Assembly: GCA_013177895.1 (NCBI GenBank)
Contig: JABLXV010000002.1
Location: 1,285 to 65,284 of the forward strand
Direction of reading: 5' to 3'
Source of the DNA: Brevinematales bacterium
GTDB lineage: Bacteria > Spirochaetota > Brevinematia > Brevinematales > GWF1-51-8
DNA: 64,000 bases
Positions 8,192 through 17,665 of the stretch are shown piece by piece. Made by a program: the position numbers and the translations under genes. The notes under the pieces were generated by a model, which ran no database searches, was not told where the DNA came from, and saw only the letters and a program-made list of their open reading frames with translations. Positions within the stretch are counted from its first letter, which is position 1. Each line of letters opens with the position of its first letter.

Positions 8192-10579
8192 ATGAAAAAT
8201 CTCCGGGTATGCGGTTTAATTACCGCCTTACTATTTTTATTCACACCGTCGTTCGCCGCGGCGAAAGCTAAGAACGCCGCGAAGCCCGCGGGCGAGCTTC
8301 TGGGGTTCACGGTATCCAATAATACCGCCGTACTGAACTATCCCGCGATGACGTTTCAGGTACGGATTCTCTCCAACGGGATCGTGCATATCTACGGGCA
8401 GAACGGTAAAAAGCCCATCCCGCACTATTCCTACGCAGTCGTGCACACGAACGACCCTGCCAAGACGTTCGTCAAGGATACGGGAGATGCCCTCCTTCTC
8501 GACGCGGGCGGAATACTCGTCACAATTACCAAAAAGGATATGCAGTTTAAAGTTGCCGCGAAGGGGACGACCGTGTTTTCCGGGAAGGCGCTCGGCGCGA
8601 TTATCGACGATTTCCCCGGATACTGCATCGACTACGATTATAACGGGGAACGCTTCTACGGGCTGGGAGGGCAATCCTCCCAACTGGAAATAACCGGCCA
8701 GACAATCCGAAACTATAACGCGGATTGGTATCCTTACTACGCGTCTTTCCCGGTGTATCTCGCGATAGGCCCCGAGTATTCCTGCGGGGTGTTCTACGAT
8801 AGCGCGGCATTTTCGGTTTTCTCATTCGACGACCCGAACCCGCAGAATGGGTTCCAAGCCGCCTATAAAGAGGATACCTATGCTACCAGTTTCGGCGCTA
8901 TGGGCGAAACCTTCGACCTGTATATCTACACCGGTACGCCGAAGGAGATATTGGAAAAATTCACCTCGATGACCGGGCGGCCTTACCTTCCGCCGCTATG
9001 GGCGTTCGGCTTCCACCAGTGCAAGTACTCCTATATGGACGAGAACGCCGTCCGCGCGGTCGCGAAAAATTTCGAGACCTACGATATGCCGGTCGAGTCC
9101 ATCTGGCTCGATATCGACTATATGGACGAGTATAAGACATTTACCGTGAACGAGGACACGTTCCCCGACCTGAAAAAACTCACCTCGGACTTACTCGCTC
9201 AAGGCATCAAGACGGTAACGATCATCGACCCGGGTGTGAAAAAAGAGACGGGGTACTGGGTGTACGAAAGCGGTGTGAAAAAGAAGGTGTATATCCGCAA
9301 GTCCGGCGGTGATTATTTCCTCGGGAAGGTCTGGCCGGGTATGTGCGTCTATCCCGATTATTCCAATCCCGCGACCCGGAGTTGGTGGGCCGGACTCTAT
9401 CAGACCCTGCACGACTGGGGCATATCCGGGCAATGGATCGATATGAACGAGCCCAGCGTATTCGTCTCCGAAGTCAGCGCATTTCACATGGATTATTACG
9501 CCCTCCGGGATTGGGAGGGTATCGGCGCGGAGGATTGGGAAATCCATAACGTGTACGGCCTCACGATGGCGATGGCGACCTCGATGGGGGTTTACAGCGC
9601 CGACCCGTCGAACCGCGTCTTCCTGCTGACCCGTTCCGCGTACCCCGGCATCCAGCGTTACGCGTTCATGTGGACGGGCGACAATAAGGCGTCATGGAAC
9701 GATCTCGCGCAGGTCGTGCCGATGGTGCTGAACCTCGGACTGTCCGGGATGCCGTACTCCGGGTCGGATATCGGCGGATTCTCGGCAAGCCCGTCCGCGG
9801 AACTCTTTACCCGCTGGCTCCAGCTCGGCGCGTTCATCCCGTTCATGCGCGACCATACCGGGAAGGGCACGCTCTTCCAGGAACCCTACGCGAAGCATTT
9901 CGCTCAGTACCAGAGTATCATCCGGAACTACCTCTTCCTGCGGTACCGCCTCCTGCCGTACCTCTACACGCAGGTCTACCATGCGACATTGACCGGAGCG
10001 CCGATCGCGCGCCCGCTCTTTTTCGAATACGGGTATAAGTACTGCGACGTCGATAACGAGTTTATGATGGGGAATAATATGCTGGTCTGCCCGGTGATTA
10101 CCGAGGGACAGACGAAGTTCGACGCGGTATTGCCGCCGGGCGAATGGGTCGACTACTGGACGGGTAAAAAGTTCCCCGCCGGGAAAGTCACCCTCGCGGT
10201 CACAATCACGAACATTCCGGTATTTATACGGTGCGGATCGATCCTGCCGACGTACGAGTTCAAGATGAAGAACACCGCCGCGCTCGCGAAGATGCGCGAC
10301 GTGACGATGACCGTCTACCCCGATTCGACCGGATACGCGTTCGGCGCGCTCTACGAGGACGACGGCGTCAGCTGGAGTTTCATGCACGAGGGTTTCCTGG
10401 TGAGCGCGGTCACCTACCGCCAGTCCGGCGACAAGGCGGCGATCACGATTAAGACGGTGGGAGCATACGACCCGGGGCGGAAAATGATATTCATCGTGCC
10501 CGCGGGCGTGAAAAATGTATCTATCGACGGGGGAAATTATCCGGTAACGGACGGAAAGATAATCTACCAGAGCCTGTAA
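8192..10579 (+). CDS. Secreted glycoside hydrolase family 31 alpha-glucosidase (paralog)
   Basis: The track ORF starts at GTG 8159, but ATG 8192 has AGGGAGG 8 nt upstream and yields the signal peptide MKNLRVCGLITALLFLFTPSFAAA. Motifs are QWIDMNEPS, TRSAYPGIQRYAFMWTGDN and PFMRDH. Confidence 0.9.
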   Translation: MKNLRVCGLITALLFLFTPSFAAAKAKNAAKPAGELLGFTVSNNTAVLNYPAMTFQVRILSNGIVHIYGQNGKKPIPHYSYAVVHTNDPAKTFVKDTGDALLLDAGGILVTITKKDMQFKVAAKGTTVFSGKALGAIIDDFPGYCIDYDYNGERFYGLGGQSSQLEITGQTIRNYNADWYPYYASFPVYLAIGPEYSCGVFYDSAAFSVFSFDDPNPQNGFQAAYKEDTYATSFGAMGETFDLYIYTGTPKEILEKFTSMTGRPYLPPLWAFGFHQCKYSYMDENAVRAVAKNFETYDMPVESIWLDIDYMDEYKTFTVNEDTFPDLKKLTSDLLAQGIKTVTIIDPGVKKETGYWVYESGVKKKVYIRKSGGDYFLGKVWPGMCVYPDYSNPATRSWWAGLYQTLHDWGISGQWIDMNEPSVFVSEVSAFHMDYYALRDWEGIGAEDWEIHNVYGLTMAMATSMGVYSADPSNRVFLLTRSAYPGIQRYAFMWTGDNKASWNDLAQVVPMVLNLGLSGMPYSGSDIGGFSASPSAELFTRWLQLGAFIPFMRDHTGKGTLFQEPYAKHFAQYQSIIRNYLFLRYRLLPYLYTQVYHATLTGAPIARPLFFEYGYKYCDVDNEFMMGNNMLVCPVITEGQTKFDAVLPPGEWVDYWTGKKFPAGKVTLAVTITNIPVFIRCGSILPTYEFKMKNTAALAKMRDVTMTVYPDSTGYAFGALYEDDGVSWSFMHEGFLVSAVTYRQSGDKAAITIKTVGAYDPGRKMIFIVPAGVKNVSIDGGNYPVTDGKIIYQSL

Positions 10580-10586
10580 AATAGAC

Positions 10587-10611
10587 AAGGGGCGCCTTAT
10601 CGGCGCCCCTT
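10587..10611. terminator. Bidirectional hairpin between convergent genes
   Basis: A 10-bp perfect stem aaggggcgcc / ggcgcccctt with a 5-nt loop, located between the + gene ending at 10579 and the - gene ending at 10655. Confidence 0.6.
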
Positions 10612-10654
10612 ACCCGTGTATGATTTGGAGGCATTGTCTTTATAAATACGGAGA

Positions 10655-10855
10655 CTATCCGAGCGGACTCATATGCATCGGACGCGGACGAACCGCGTTC
10701 TGGCGCGCCTTGTAGAGGAATATCTTGCAGTCCTTATTCAGCAGGAATAATTCCGAATCGCAAAACACCTTCTTCATCAGACCGACTTCGTGGTCGGAAA
10801 GCTTGTTATTCGGTTTGTTGTTATAAAAACCGCAGGTTTCTTTTAATGGGCACAT
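10655..10855 (-). CDS. Small Cys-containing hypothetical protein (66 aa)
   Basis: Strong RBS AAGGAGGAAACC directly before the ATG. Four Cys residues (MCPLKETCGF..FCDSE..KDCK). No family recognised. Confidence 0.5.
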   Translation of the reverse strand: MCPLKETCGFYNNKPNNKLSDHEVGLMKKVFCDSELFLLNKDCKIFLYKARQNAVRPRPMHMSPLG

Positions 10856-11016
10856 GGTTTCCTCCTTCTCGTGTCCTCACTATATATAATGCATATAGTA
10901 TGCCAACCGTTAGTTAATTTCGGAGGAAAATTCTGTTAATACTGCATAATATCTTAGTAAACCGCCCTGTTTTACGGGTCAAAATGAACATTTTTTGCCT
11001 TTTTTGCTGAACCGGC

Positions 11017-11056
11017 GAAAAAAAGAAAAGGAGTGTACTTTTTTAAATACACTCCT
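11017..11056 (-). terminator. Rho-independent terminator downstream of the beta-barrel gene
   Basis: On the minus strand, stem aggagtgta / tacactcct is followed by a T-rich run (plus-strand gaaaaaaagaaa at 11017-11028). Confidence 0.65.
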
Positions 11057-11104
11057 GCGTGTTATTTCTACACAATAGTCAATTCTGCCAACAAATAAAT
11101 CATT

Positions 11105-12595
11105 TCAGAACGCGTACTCCATCGACGTATAGATCAGGTCGTAGTCCTTCATCTGCCCGATCGTGCACCCGTCCGCGCCGTCGAACAGCATACTGCCCAA
11201 TGTCAGTTCCAGCCCCGGAGTGGGCTTATAGGTAACCCCGAACTGCAATACCGCGCCGTAATGGTCGTTGAAATATCCGCCGAAGTCCGCGCTCCCGAAC
11301 GCGTCGCCCAACGTATTGACGTTCAGTATCCCCGTAACGAAGGCCTTGATTTTATCGTCGAGGAAAGTTTTCTCGAACCTCAGGATGAAATAGTCCTGAA
11401 GGCGTTCCGCGCCGGTCAGCCCGCGTTCGGTAAAAAACCCGTGCGCGAACTGGAAGTTGATATACCATCCCCCCTCGAACAGGCTATCCGCGCCGATAGT
11501 GTACTTCACATACGGCTGGTTGGAGAGATAAGCCGTTTCCTGTACAGTGAGCACATTATTGGTAACCATCACCGGCAGGACGATCACCACCGCATCGCTA
11601 TGACTGGCGGTCTTCGTATTCTCCGGGAACGTCACCCCCGCTTCGCCCCAGACGACGAATAAGCCGGTGTTCCATGAAAAGTCCAATCCCGCTTCGGCCT
11701 CGCGGTAGTACGCCAGTTCGTAACTTTTCCCGTTCAGCGTAATATTCGTCGTCCCGCCGCCCATATCGATCACCGTTTGCTGCTGAATAGAAACCGACTT
11801 GACATACGGCAGGTCGTTGATACGGCTGACCGCGTTCGCGGAGATATCGATAGGGCCGAGATTGATCTTATACCGCAGGCCGTAGGACGCATTATAGATC
11901 GACAGTTCGGGGGTCGCCGCCGACGGGGCGGTCCATCCCGAAGTATGATTGCTGAACGTGGTCACATAAGGCATGATCCCCGCGATAATATTAGCGGACA
12001 TCTGCGCCTCCATCATGCCGATCATCGTCAGGTTCAACTGCGCGATCGGGCTCATCGGCTGATACACGAATTGCAGTCCCGATTCGCTGTCCCCGATATT
12101 AAAATGCAATGTCGTATTCACGGCGATCGACGCGGACTTTTTGCCGAAGTTCAGCAGGTCGTAAAAATCGCCGGGGTTGACAATATCGGTCGGATTGAAC
12201 ACATCCGCCGTACCCCACACGATCCGCTGTTTTCCGACAGTAAATTCCAGCCCGTTGAAAATAAAATTGTCGTAGGTAAAATATGCCTCGTCGATCAGGA
12301 TGTCGAGCGGCATCACCGAACTGCTCCACGCGAGCTCCTGCGGTATCAGGATATTGTTGAGCGTGGTCTGCCCCTTAGGCTGCCCCGAATAACGGAAACC
12401 GAGCCTGATCATCCCGTAAAAATTATCGTTCACCTGCGTGTCAAATTTCAGGCTGCCGCTCAGTTCATAGAACAGGATATCCCCGTTGGTGGGCGATATG
12501 CGCATATCCGCCTTGACCTTGCCGAGGATTTCCGCGCTCCATCCGCCCGCGGCGGATATCCCGGTTATAACGAGCGCGAGAAGTAACTTTTTCAT
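11105..12595 (-). CDS. Outer-membrane beta-barrel protein (last gene of the MMPL operon)
   Basis: Signal peptide MKKLLLALVITGISAAGGWSA. Alternating aromatic/Gly-rich beta-strand pattern. C-terminal ...SMEYAF with a terminal Phe, typical of outer-membrane proteins. Confidence 0.7.
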   Translation of the reverse strand: MKKLLLALVITGISAAGGWSAEILGKVKADMRISPTNGDILFYELSGSLKFDTQVNDNFYGMIRLGFRYSGQPKGQTTLNNILIPQELAWSSSVMPLDILIDEAYFTYDNFIFNGLEFTVGKQRIVWGTADVFNPTDIVNPGDFYDLLNFGKKSASIAVNTTLHFNIGDSESGLQFVYQPMSPIAQLNLTMIGMMEAQMSANIIAGIMPYVTTFSNHTSGWTAPSAATPELSIYNASYGLRYKINLGPIDISANAVSRINDLPYVKSVSIQQQTVIDMGGGTTNITLNGKSYELAYYREAEAGLDFSWNTGLFVVWGEAGVTFPENTKTASHSDAVVIVLPVMVTNNVLTVQETAYLSNQPYVKYTIGADSLFEGGWYINFQFAHGFFTERGLTGAERLQDYFILRFEKTFLDDKIKAFVTGILNVNTLGDAFGSADFGGYFNDHYGAVLQFGVTYKPTPGLELTLGSMLFDGADGCTIGQMKDYDLIYTSMEYAF

Positions 12596-12605
12596 AAGTT
12601 CCCCC

Positions 12606-13352
12606 TTATTCTTTCTTCTTCAGATACTGCTGGGTGAATATCCCCTTGCCTTTCAATCCCTGATCGAACTTGACGTCCTTCATAATCATTTCGGTGTAAT
12701 GCTTTTTCGTCATATCTTCGACCTTGATCTTCACGGGGATGTCGTATTTCCCCATCTTCTGTACTTCGATAATATCCATCACCTTTTTCAGCGTGCTGCC
12801 GTCATAGAACTCCACCTTCGACGGGATAAACGTCGTTTTATCGACGGTCATCACGACTTTCCCGTAGGTCTTATCCGAGCCCGCTTTACGGGTCAGCACG
12901 AGGGTATAGGTTTTATCGTTCTCCGCTTGTATCGCGGAGGAGTAATCCTTTTTGTACTCATAGCTCCCGATTTCATTATAGGAAAAATCCGTGCCCTGGA
13001 AACTGTCGTTCTTGAACGACCCCTGTATCATCTTGATCTTTTTCATTTCGGGGAGATAGATCCATATCTGGTTATCCCCGGTCACAAGTAGCCCAATCCC
13101 GCTGACGCCGGCGGGCTTGGTGAATTTCACTACGCGCATATCATTCCCGGAGACATACATCTTCATTTCGCGGACTTCCTTGCCGCTCCCGTCGCTGTTC
13201 GCGAGCGTCAGTATATTGAGCGATTCCATGTCCTGCGGCCCGGTCAGCGAATCTTCCACCTTATTGAGCACCTCGTCCCCGGTCAGGGCGTAGCCCGCGG
13301 AGAACCCGGCGGCTAAAATCAGGATTATAAAAATCCCCGTCATTCTTCTCAT
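12606..13352 (-). CDS. LolA-like outer-membrane lipoprotein-sorting/carrier family protein
   Basis: Signal peptide MRRMTGIFIILILAAGFSAGYA. Length 248 aa. The sequence pattern (..MKMYVSGNDMRVVKFTKPAGVSGIGLL..) and the position directly downstream of an MMPL/RND gene are typical of LolA-like partners. GGAGG RBS. Confidence 0.6.
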   Translation of the reverse strand: MRRMTGIFIILILAAGFSAGYALTGDEVLNKVEDSLTGPQDMESLNILTLANSDGSGKEVREMKMYVSGNDMRVVKFTKPAGVSGIGLLVTGDNQIWIYLPEMKKIKMIQGSFKNDSFQGTDFSYNEIGSYEYKKDYSSAIQAENDKTYTLVLTRKAGSDKTYGKVVMTVDKTTFIPSKVEFYDGSTLKKVMDIIEVQKMGKYDIPVKIKVEDMTKKHYTEMIMKDVKFDQGLKGKGIFTQQYLKKKE

Positions 13353-13361
13353 TGTATCCTC

Positions 13362-16181
13362 CTATTTCGTTATCTTTTTTCTGAATACGCGCGACACATG
13401 GAACACCGCCGGCAGCAGGGTCAGCGACGCGAGACTGCTGACGATCATACTGACCGCGAGAAGCCCTCCGAGAGTGCGTAACGGGCTTAAACTCGAGAAC
13501 ATCAGCACTACAAACCCCAGACCCACCGCGAACGCATTAGCGAGAATCCCGACCCCGGTGGTCGATAATGTTCCCGCGACCGCCTGTTCCTCGTCGCCCC
13601 CGTTACGTTCCAATTCGAGAGTGAAACGGTTCGTGAAGTGGATGCTGTAATCGATACCCGTCCCGATAGCGATACTCGCGATCGTTACCGATACCAGGTC
13701 GAGCGGTATTCCTAAAAGCCCCATCACCCCGAAATTCACGAGCAGGGTAAATATAATCGCGGCGATGGAAACTATCCCTTTCGCGACAGAGCGGAATGTT
13801 AACGAGTTCAGGATGAGCACGGCGATCAGCGCGAAAATCAGGCTGCTCAGTTGATTGATATAGAGGCGCTGTTTCATCTGCGACGTGAGGTAGGCATACC
13901 CGCTGACTTCGAGCGTATCGAGTTTCTTTTCGCCTACGACAGCCCCGGTATAATCGCTCCCCATAGGCATCGTCTCCCAGAACAACGGCCCCAGCGCGTA
14001 TTTGAGACGCCCGCGGTCGATCGATATCCCTATTGTGTCGTACACCAAATCCGCCGCCAGATTATACCGCTGGAGTCGTACATTTTCCGCGTAACGCATC
14101 GACAGGCTCTCCGCGAGCATTTTCACATCGTCGGCGGTAACCCCGTTGCCCGCCGGAACCGATCCCGCGATTGCGGCATAAACGCTCTCCGGGGTATATT
14201 CCGTCATCCCCTTCAATTTCGTAATAATCCGTTCCGCCTGCGCCTTCGAGAGAGTCACTTCGCATTCCGCGCTCAGCAGATATTTTTGCAGGGTCTCCGC
14301 CGGATAGGCAGGTTTGAACTCCAAGGCCGCCAATCCCGCGGCGCGCGCGGTATCCTTTAACATCTGGATATCCATCGCGTTCGTCGAGTCCTTCACATAA
14401 GCGTTGGACAGCATCATCGCGACCGTATCCACCAGTATCCCGTTGGTATAGTTCACGGGCGCCATTTTTATCCCCGGCCGGTACTTGTCGAGCAATTCGT
14501 TCAGGGGAGTAAAAATCTTCTTTTCATAACCCTGAGCGACGGACGGCATCAGGAAGGTAATAGTCGCTTCCTTTTTATCCTTGGTCACCATACTTTTCAA
14601 TTGTTCCTGCCCGTCGATAAAAAACCAGAGGTTATCGATCTCGCCCTTCGTCTCGGGAACCGTCTTTACCCCCGTCCAGAGGAAATTCAATTCGGCCATC
14701 ATATCGTGAACCCCGCCGATAGCGGCGATCTTTTTAAACGATTTAGTCTTTTCCTCGAGCACGGTCATCAGTTTCTCGATACCGGCGTCGGAAATATCCC
14801 CCTTGAGGTAGATGGAAAACGCGTTGTACCCGCCGAAATGGTCGTTGATAACCTGGCTGACTTTGACAGGCTCGCTGTCGCGGGCGAAGAAGGAGAGATA
14901 ATCCATCTCGGGGTAGAGTTTCCCGAACTGGCTGAGAGAGGCGATCGCGATGGCGCCGAATACAACGAATACCCACACCCTTTTTTCGATCAGCGCCTTC
15001 GATAGAAATACGGCGAATTTCCCGATTTTATGGTGCTTGCCGTCTGTCGCGCCGATACGCTGCCTCTGCGGTTTTATTTTCGATAACAGCGCGGGGATGA
15101 ACAGGATAGCGATCACCAGCGCGAGAACTACTCCCACTGAAGAAATCACCCCGAAATCCTTAATCATCGCGAGGTCGGAGAATATCAGCGACAGGAAACC
15201 GAAAAATGTCGTCATACCGGCCATCAGTATCGGCAAACCCACGTCGCGTATCGTGTTATGCACAATGCGCGCCGGGTCGACAATCCCCATCGCGGTTTCC
15301 TCATAGTACTTGTTCAGCATATGAATCCCGTATGCGTTACCGACCGCAATCAGCACCACTGGAATCGCCGCGCCGATCATGCTGAAATTGAAACTGAATA
15401 CGCCCATGATGCCCATCGCCATAATTGTCGCCATCCCCACCGATATCAGGGGCAGCGATATCCCGCGCAGGGTGCCGAACGACAGGAAGAGGATAAGCGC
15501 GACTATGATAATCACGAACGGGACCAGCACCGTTATATCGCCGATCACCACGTCGTAGATCGAGTTGAGTATCGCGGGAGTTCCCCCGAAGTAGAGCTTC
15601 ACCTTGCTGTCCTTTGCGATTTCCTCCACCTGTTTACGGATTTTCCGCGCGATATCGTCGATACGGTAATCGCCTTTAACAGTGACCAGTATCATCGCGT
15701 ACTTCCCGTCGGCGGATATCAGTTTACCGATATACATATCCTTACCGAGTATGTACTCCTTCTTCGCCGCGAGTTCGCCCGCGTTCGAGGAGATCGTCTC
15801 GTTAAACAGATTATCCACCAGTATCCCATACTCGTTCGCGGACATATCCTTCGTCTCGGTGATACTCACCGCGTTCTCGATAGCCAGATTGGTTTCGATA
15901 GTGCGGGTAATCTCACGGATGAGACTCAGGTTTTCATAGGTAAAAAGATCGTCGGTCTCGAGGACGATGATGAGGGGAGATACGCCCCCGAACGTCTCGT
16001 TGATATAATGCGGGAGCTTTCCGATCTCGCTTTCGGGGGACACCTGATTGAGGAGGTCGTTATTCATCTCCAGCCGGAAGATGGACAGGCCGAGCCCGAC
16101 AGTCACCGCAATCGTCCCGATAATAATCCATAACGCGTTCTTAGTCGTAAATTCCGCAAAGCGGTCGAAAAATTTTCTCAT
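13362..16181 (-). CDS. RND-superfamily / MMPL-domain exporter (939 aa, two 6-TM bundles)
   Basis: Two hydrophobic bundles separated by large soluble loops. The repeated ...GIDYSIHF... type motif in the second bundle is characteristic of MMPL/HpnN-like RND transporters. Confidence 0.8.
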   Translation of the reverse strand: MRKFFDRFAEFTTKNALWIIIGTIAVTVGLGLSIFRLEMNNDLLNQVSPESEIGKLPHYINETFGGVSPLIIVLETDDLFTYENLSLIREITRTIETNLAIENAVSITETKDMSANEYGILVDNLFNETISSNAGELAAKKEYILGKDMYIGKLISADGKYAMILVTVKGDYRIDDIARKIRKQVEEIAKDSKVKLYFGGTPAILNSIYDVVIGDITVLVPFVIIIVALILFLSFGTLRGISLPLISVGMATIMAMGIMGVFSFNFSMIGAAIPVVLIAVGNAYGIHMLNKYYEETAMGIVDPARIVHNTIRDVGLPILMAGMTTFFGFLSLIFSDLAMIKDFGVISSVGVVLALVIAILFIPALLSKIKPQRQRIGATDGKHHKIGKFAVFLSKALIEKRVWVFVVFGAIAIASLSQFGKLYPEMDYLSFFARDSEPVKVSQVINDHFGGYNAFSIYLKGDISDAGIEKLMTVLEEKTKSFKKIAAIGGVHDMMAELNFLWTGVKTVPETKGEIDNLWFFIDGQEQLKSMVTKDKKEATITFLMPSVAQGYEKKIFTPLNELLDKYRPGIKMAPVNYTNGILVDTVAMMLSNAYVKDSTNAMDIQMLKDTARAAGLAALEFKPAYPAETLQKYLLSAECEVTLSKAQAERIITKLKGMTEYTPESVYAAIAGSVPAGNGVTADDVKMLAESLSMRYAENVRLQRYNLAADLVYDTIGISIDRGRLKYALGPLFWETMPMGSDYTGAVVGEKKLDTLEVSGYAYLTSQMKQRLYINQLSSLIFALIAVLILNSLTFRSVAKGIVSIAAIIFTLLVNFGVMGLLGIPLDLVSVTIASIAIGTGIDYSIHFTNRFTLELERNGGDEEQAVAGTLSTTGVGILANAFAVGLGFVVLMFSSLSPLRTLGGLLAVSMIVSSLASLTLLPAVFHVSRVFRKKITK

Positions 16182-16205
16182 AAACCGAGGCTCCCTTTTT
16201 ATAGA

Positions 16206-16904
16206 TTATTTGCACTTCTCTTTCAGCGTTTTTAGTTTCTTGTCAATTTTTACATCGTCGGGATCGTCGGGATCGGCCTTTATTGAAAGCCCCTTATCGA
16301 TCAGTTTCAGCGCGTCGGCCTTCTGACCCTTTTCCAGCAGAAACTCCCCGTAGTACCAGTAGAGTTCCTTGTTATTCTTCCCGTACTTCATCGCGGACTG
16401 GTAATCCGCGAGCGCCTTCTCCTGGTCGCCGATACTGATCGGCCATCCCGGCGCCTTCTGGTACAGCTGCGCGCGGATCACATACCCCGCCCCGTCCGCG
16501 AACGAAGGGTCAATCTCGATCAGTTTATTCGCGAGATCGAGCAGCTTCGGGACGCCGAACGGATCCATATTCATCTCGGTCAGCCGCCCGAATACCACGG
16601 AATACCAAAGATACCCCTCCGGCCCCTTCGGTTTGAGCTGCACGGCTTTTTCGCACGCCTTGACCGCCTTCTCGTAATAGGGTTTCCGGTCTTCTTTCTT
16701 CAGGTAGGTCTTCGCGTAGTAATTCAGCGCCTCGGCATACTTCCAGCAGGAATCGTAATCCCCCTTCGTCTGATAAAGATACTGGTAGTACTTAAAAATC
16801 GACTGCGCGCCCGACTGAGTGTTCCGGTTCGTCCATATCTCGTCCTTCGCGGACAACAGTACCGGAGAAACTGTCAATAAAAATAATACGATCCAACGAA
16901 GCAT
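16206..16904 (-). CDS. Secreted TPR-repeat protein
   Basis: Signal peptide MLRWIVLFLLTVSPVLLSA. Repeated A..Y/W..A TPR-like helices. AAGGAG RBS. Confidence 0.65.
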   Translation of the reverse strand: MLRWIVLFLLTVSPVLLSAKDEIWTNRNTQSGAQSIFKYYQYLYQTKGDYDSCWKYAEALNYYAKTYLKKEDRKPYYEKAVKACEKAVQLKPKGPEGYLWYSVVFGRLTEMNMDPFGVPKLLDLANKLIEIDPSFADGAGYVIRAQLYQKAPGWPISIGDQEKALADYQSAMKYGKNNKELYWYYGEFLLEKGQKADALKLIDKGLSIKADPDDPDDVKIDKKLKTLKEKCK

Positions 16905-16914
16905 CCCCCACTCC

Positions 16915-17550
16915 TTACTTTTTATCCTTGGGCAGGCCTACCAGTTCCGAAAGCTCCTTCATCGCGCGCATATACAAATCCTGATACTCCTTCCCGCTGA
17001 TATTATAGTACTTCCGCCATTCGTCGCCGATCATAATACCCAGCAGTAACGGGGAAGTGAATAGTAGAAACAGTTTAAGACGCATATAGTTTAAATTCGA
17101 GGTATCGATATTAAACCCTTTCAATTTCGTTATCACATTCTCGTACACAGGCGACATGAGCTCGAAAATATACGTGTTCTCCCGCCCGATCCGTGTAATC
17201 TCCGTCATCATAATAATGAGGATTTGTCTCTTACGCTGCAAAAAATCGAGGATGTCCGTGACAAACACCTCGAAAGTCTCCGTATCGATCAGGGTTATTT
17301 TATTGAAGCGGTCGTCCACCATCCGGTTCACTTCGGCGATCGCGTTCTCCATCAGCTGACGCAGGATCGCTTCTTTATTGGCGAAGTAGTAGTACAGCAG
17401 GGCGGAGTTTACCCCCGCGAGCTTACCGATCTCCCCGATAGTCGCGGCGTCATATCCCTTCGTAGCAAACAGGCTTTCCGCCGCGTTGAGGATTTTATCC
17501 TTCGCGCTGATCCCGTCGTTGCCGGAATCGTCCTTTTTCGGTCGGGCCAT
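16915..17550 (-). CDS. TetR/AcrR-family transcriptional regulator
   Basis: HTH region ILNAAESLFATKGYDAATIGEIGKLAGVNSALLYYYFANKEAIL. The second ATG (17550) is preferred because GGAGGGG lies just upstream. The track ORF extends to 17562. Confidence 0.85.
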   Translation of the reverse strand: MARPKKDDSGNDGISAKDKILNAAESLFATKGYDAATIGEIGKLAGVNSALLYYYFANKEAILRQLMENAIAEVNRMVDDRFNKITLIDTETFEVFVTDILDFLQRKRQILIIMMTEITRIGRENTYIFELMSPVYENVITKLKGFNIDTSNLNYMRLKLFLLFTSPLLLGIMIGDEWRKYYNISGKEYQDLYMRAMKELSELVGLPKDKK

Positions 17551-17565
17551 TTTCCCCTCCATATT

Positions 17566-17612
17566 TAATTAATTAGTTAATTAATTATATCACCGCGGAG
17601 CGCGCGAGTCAA
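17566..17612 (-). promoter_or_regulatory. Promoter of the TetR-MMPL operon with an AT-rich palindromic operator
   Basis: On the minus strand: TTGACT (17612-17607), 17-nt spacer, TATAAT (17589-17584). The inverted repeat TAATTAATTA-gt-TAATTAATTA (17566-17587) overlaps the -10 and +1 region. Confidence 0.6.
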
Positions 17613-17616
17613 GTAC

Positions 17617-17640
17617 CCTGTGAAAAATATTTTTCACAGG
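17617..17640. terminator. Perfect palindromic hairpin downstream of pfk
   Basis: cctgtgaaaaa-ta-tttttcacagg lies 26 nt after the pfk stop codon. There is no clear T-tract, so its function as a terminator is tentative. Confidence 0.4.
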
Positions 17641-17665
17641 CGCAGGTTGGAAGGGTTTTTTGGGG

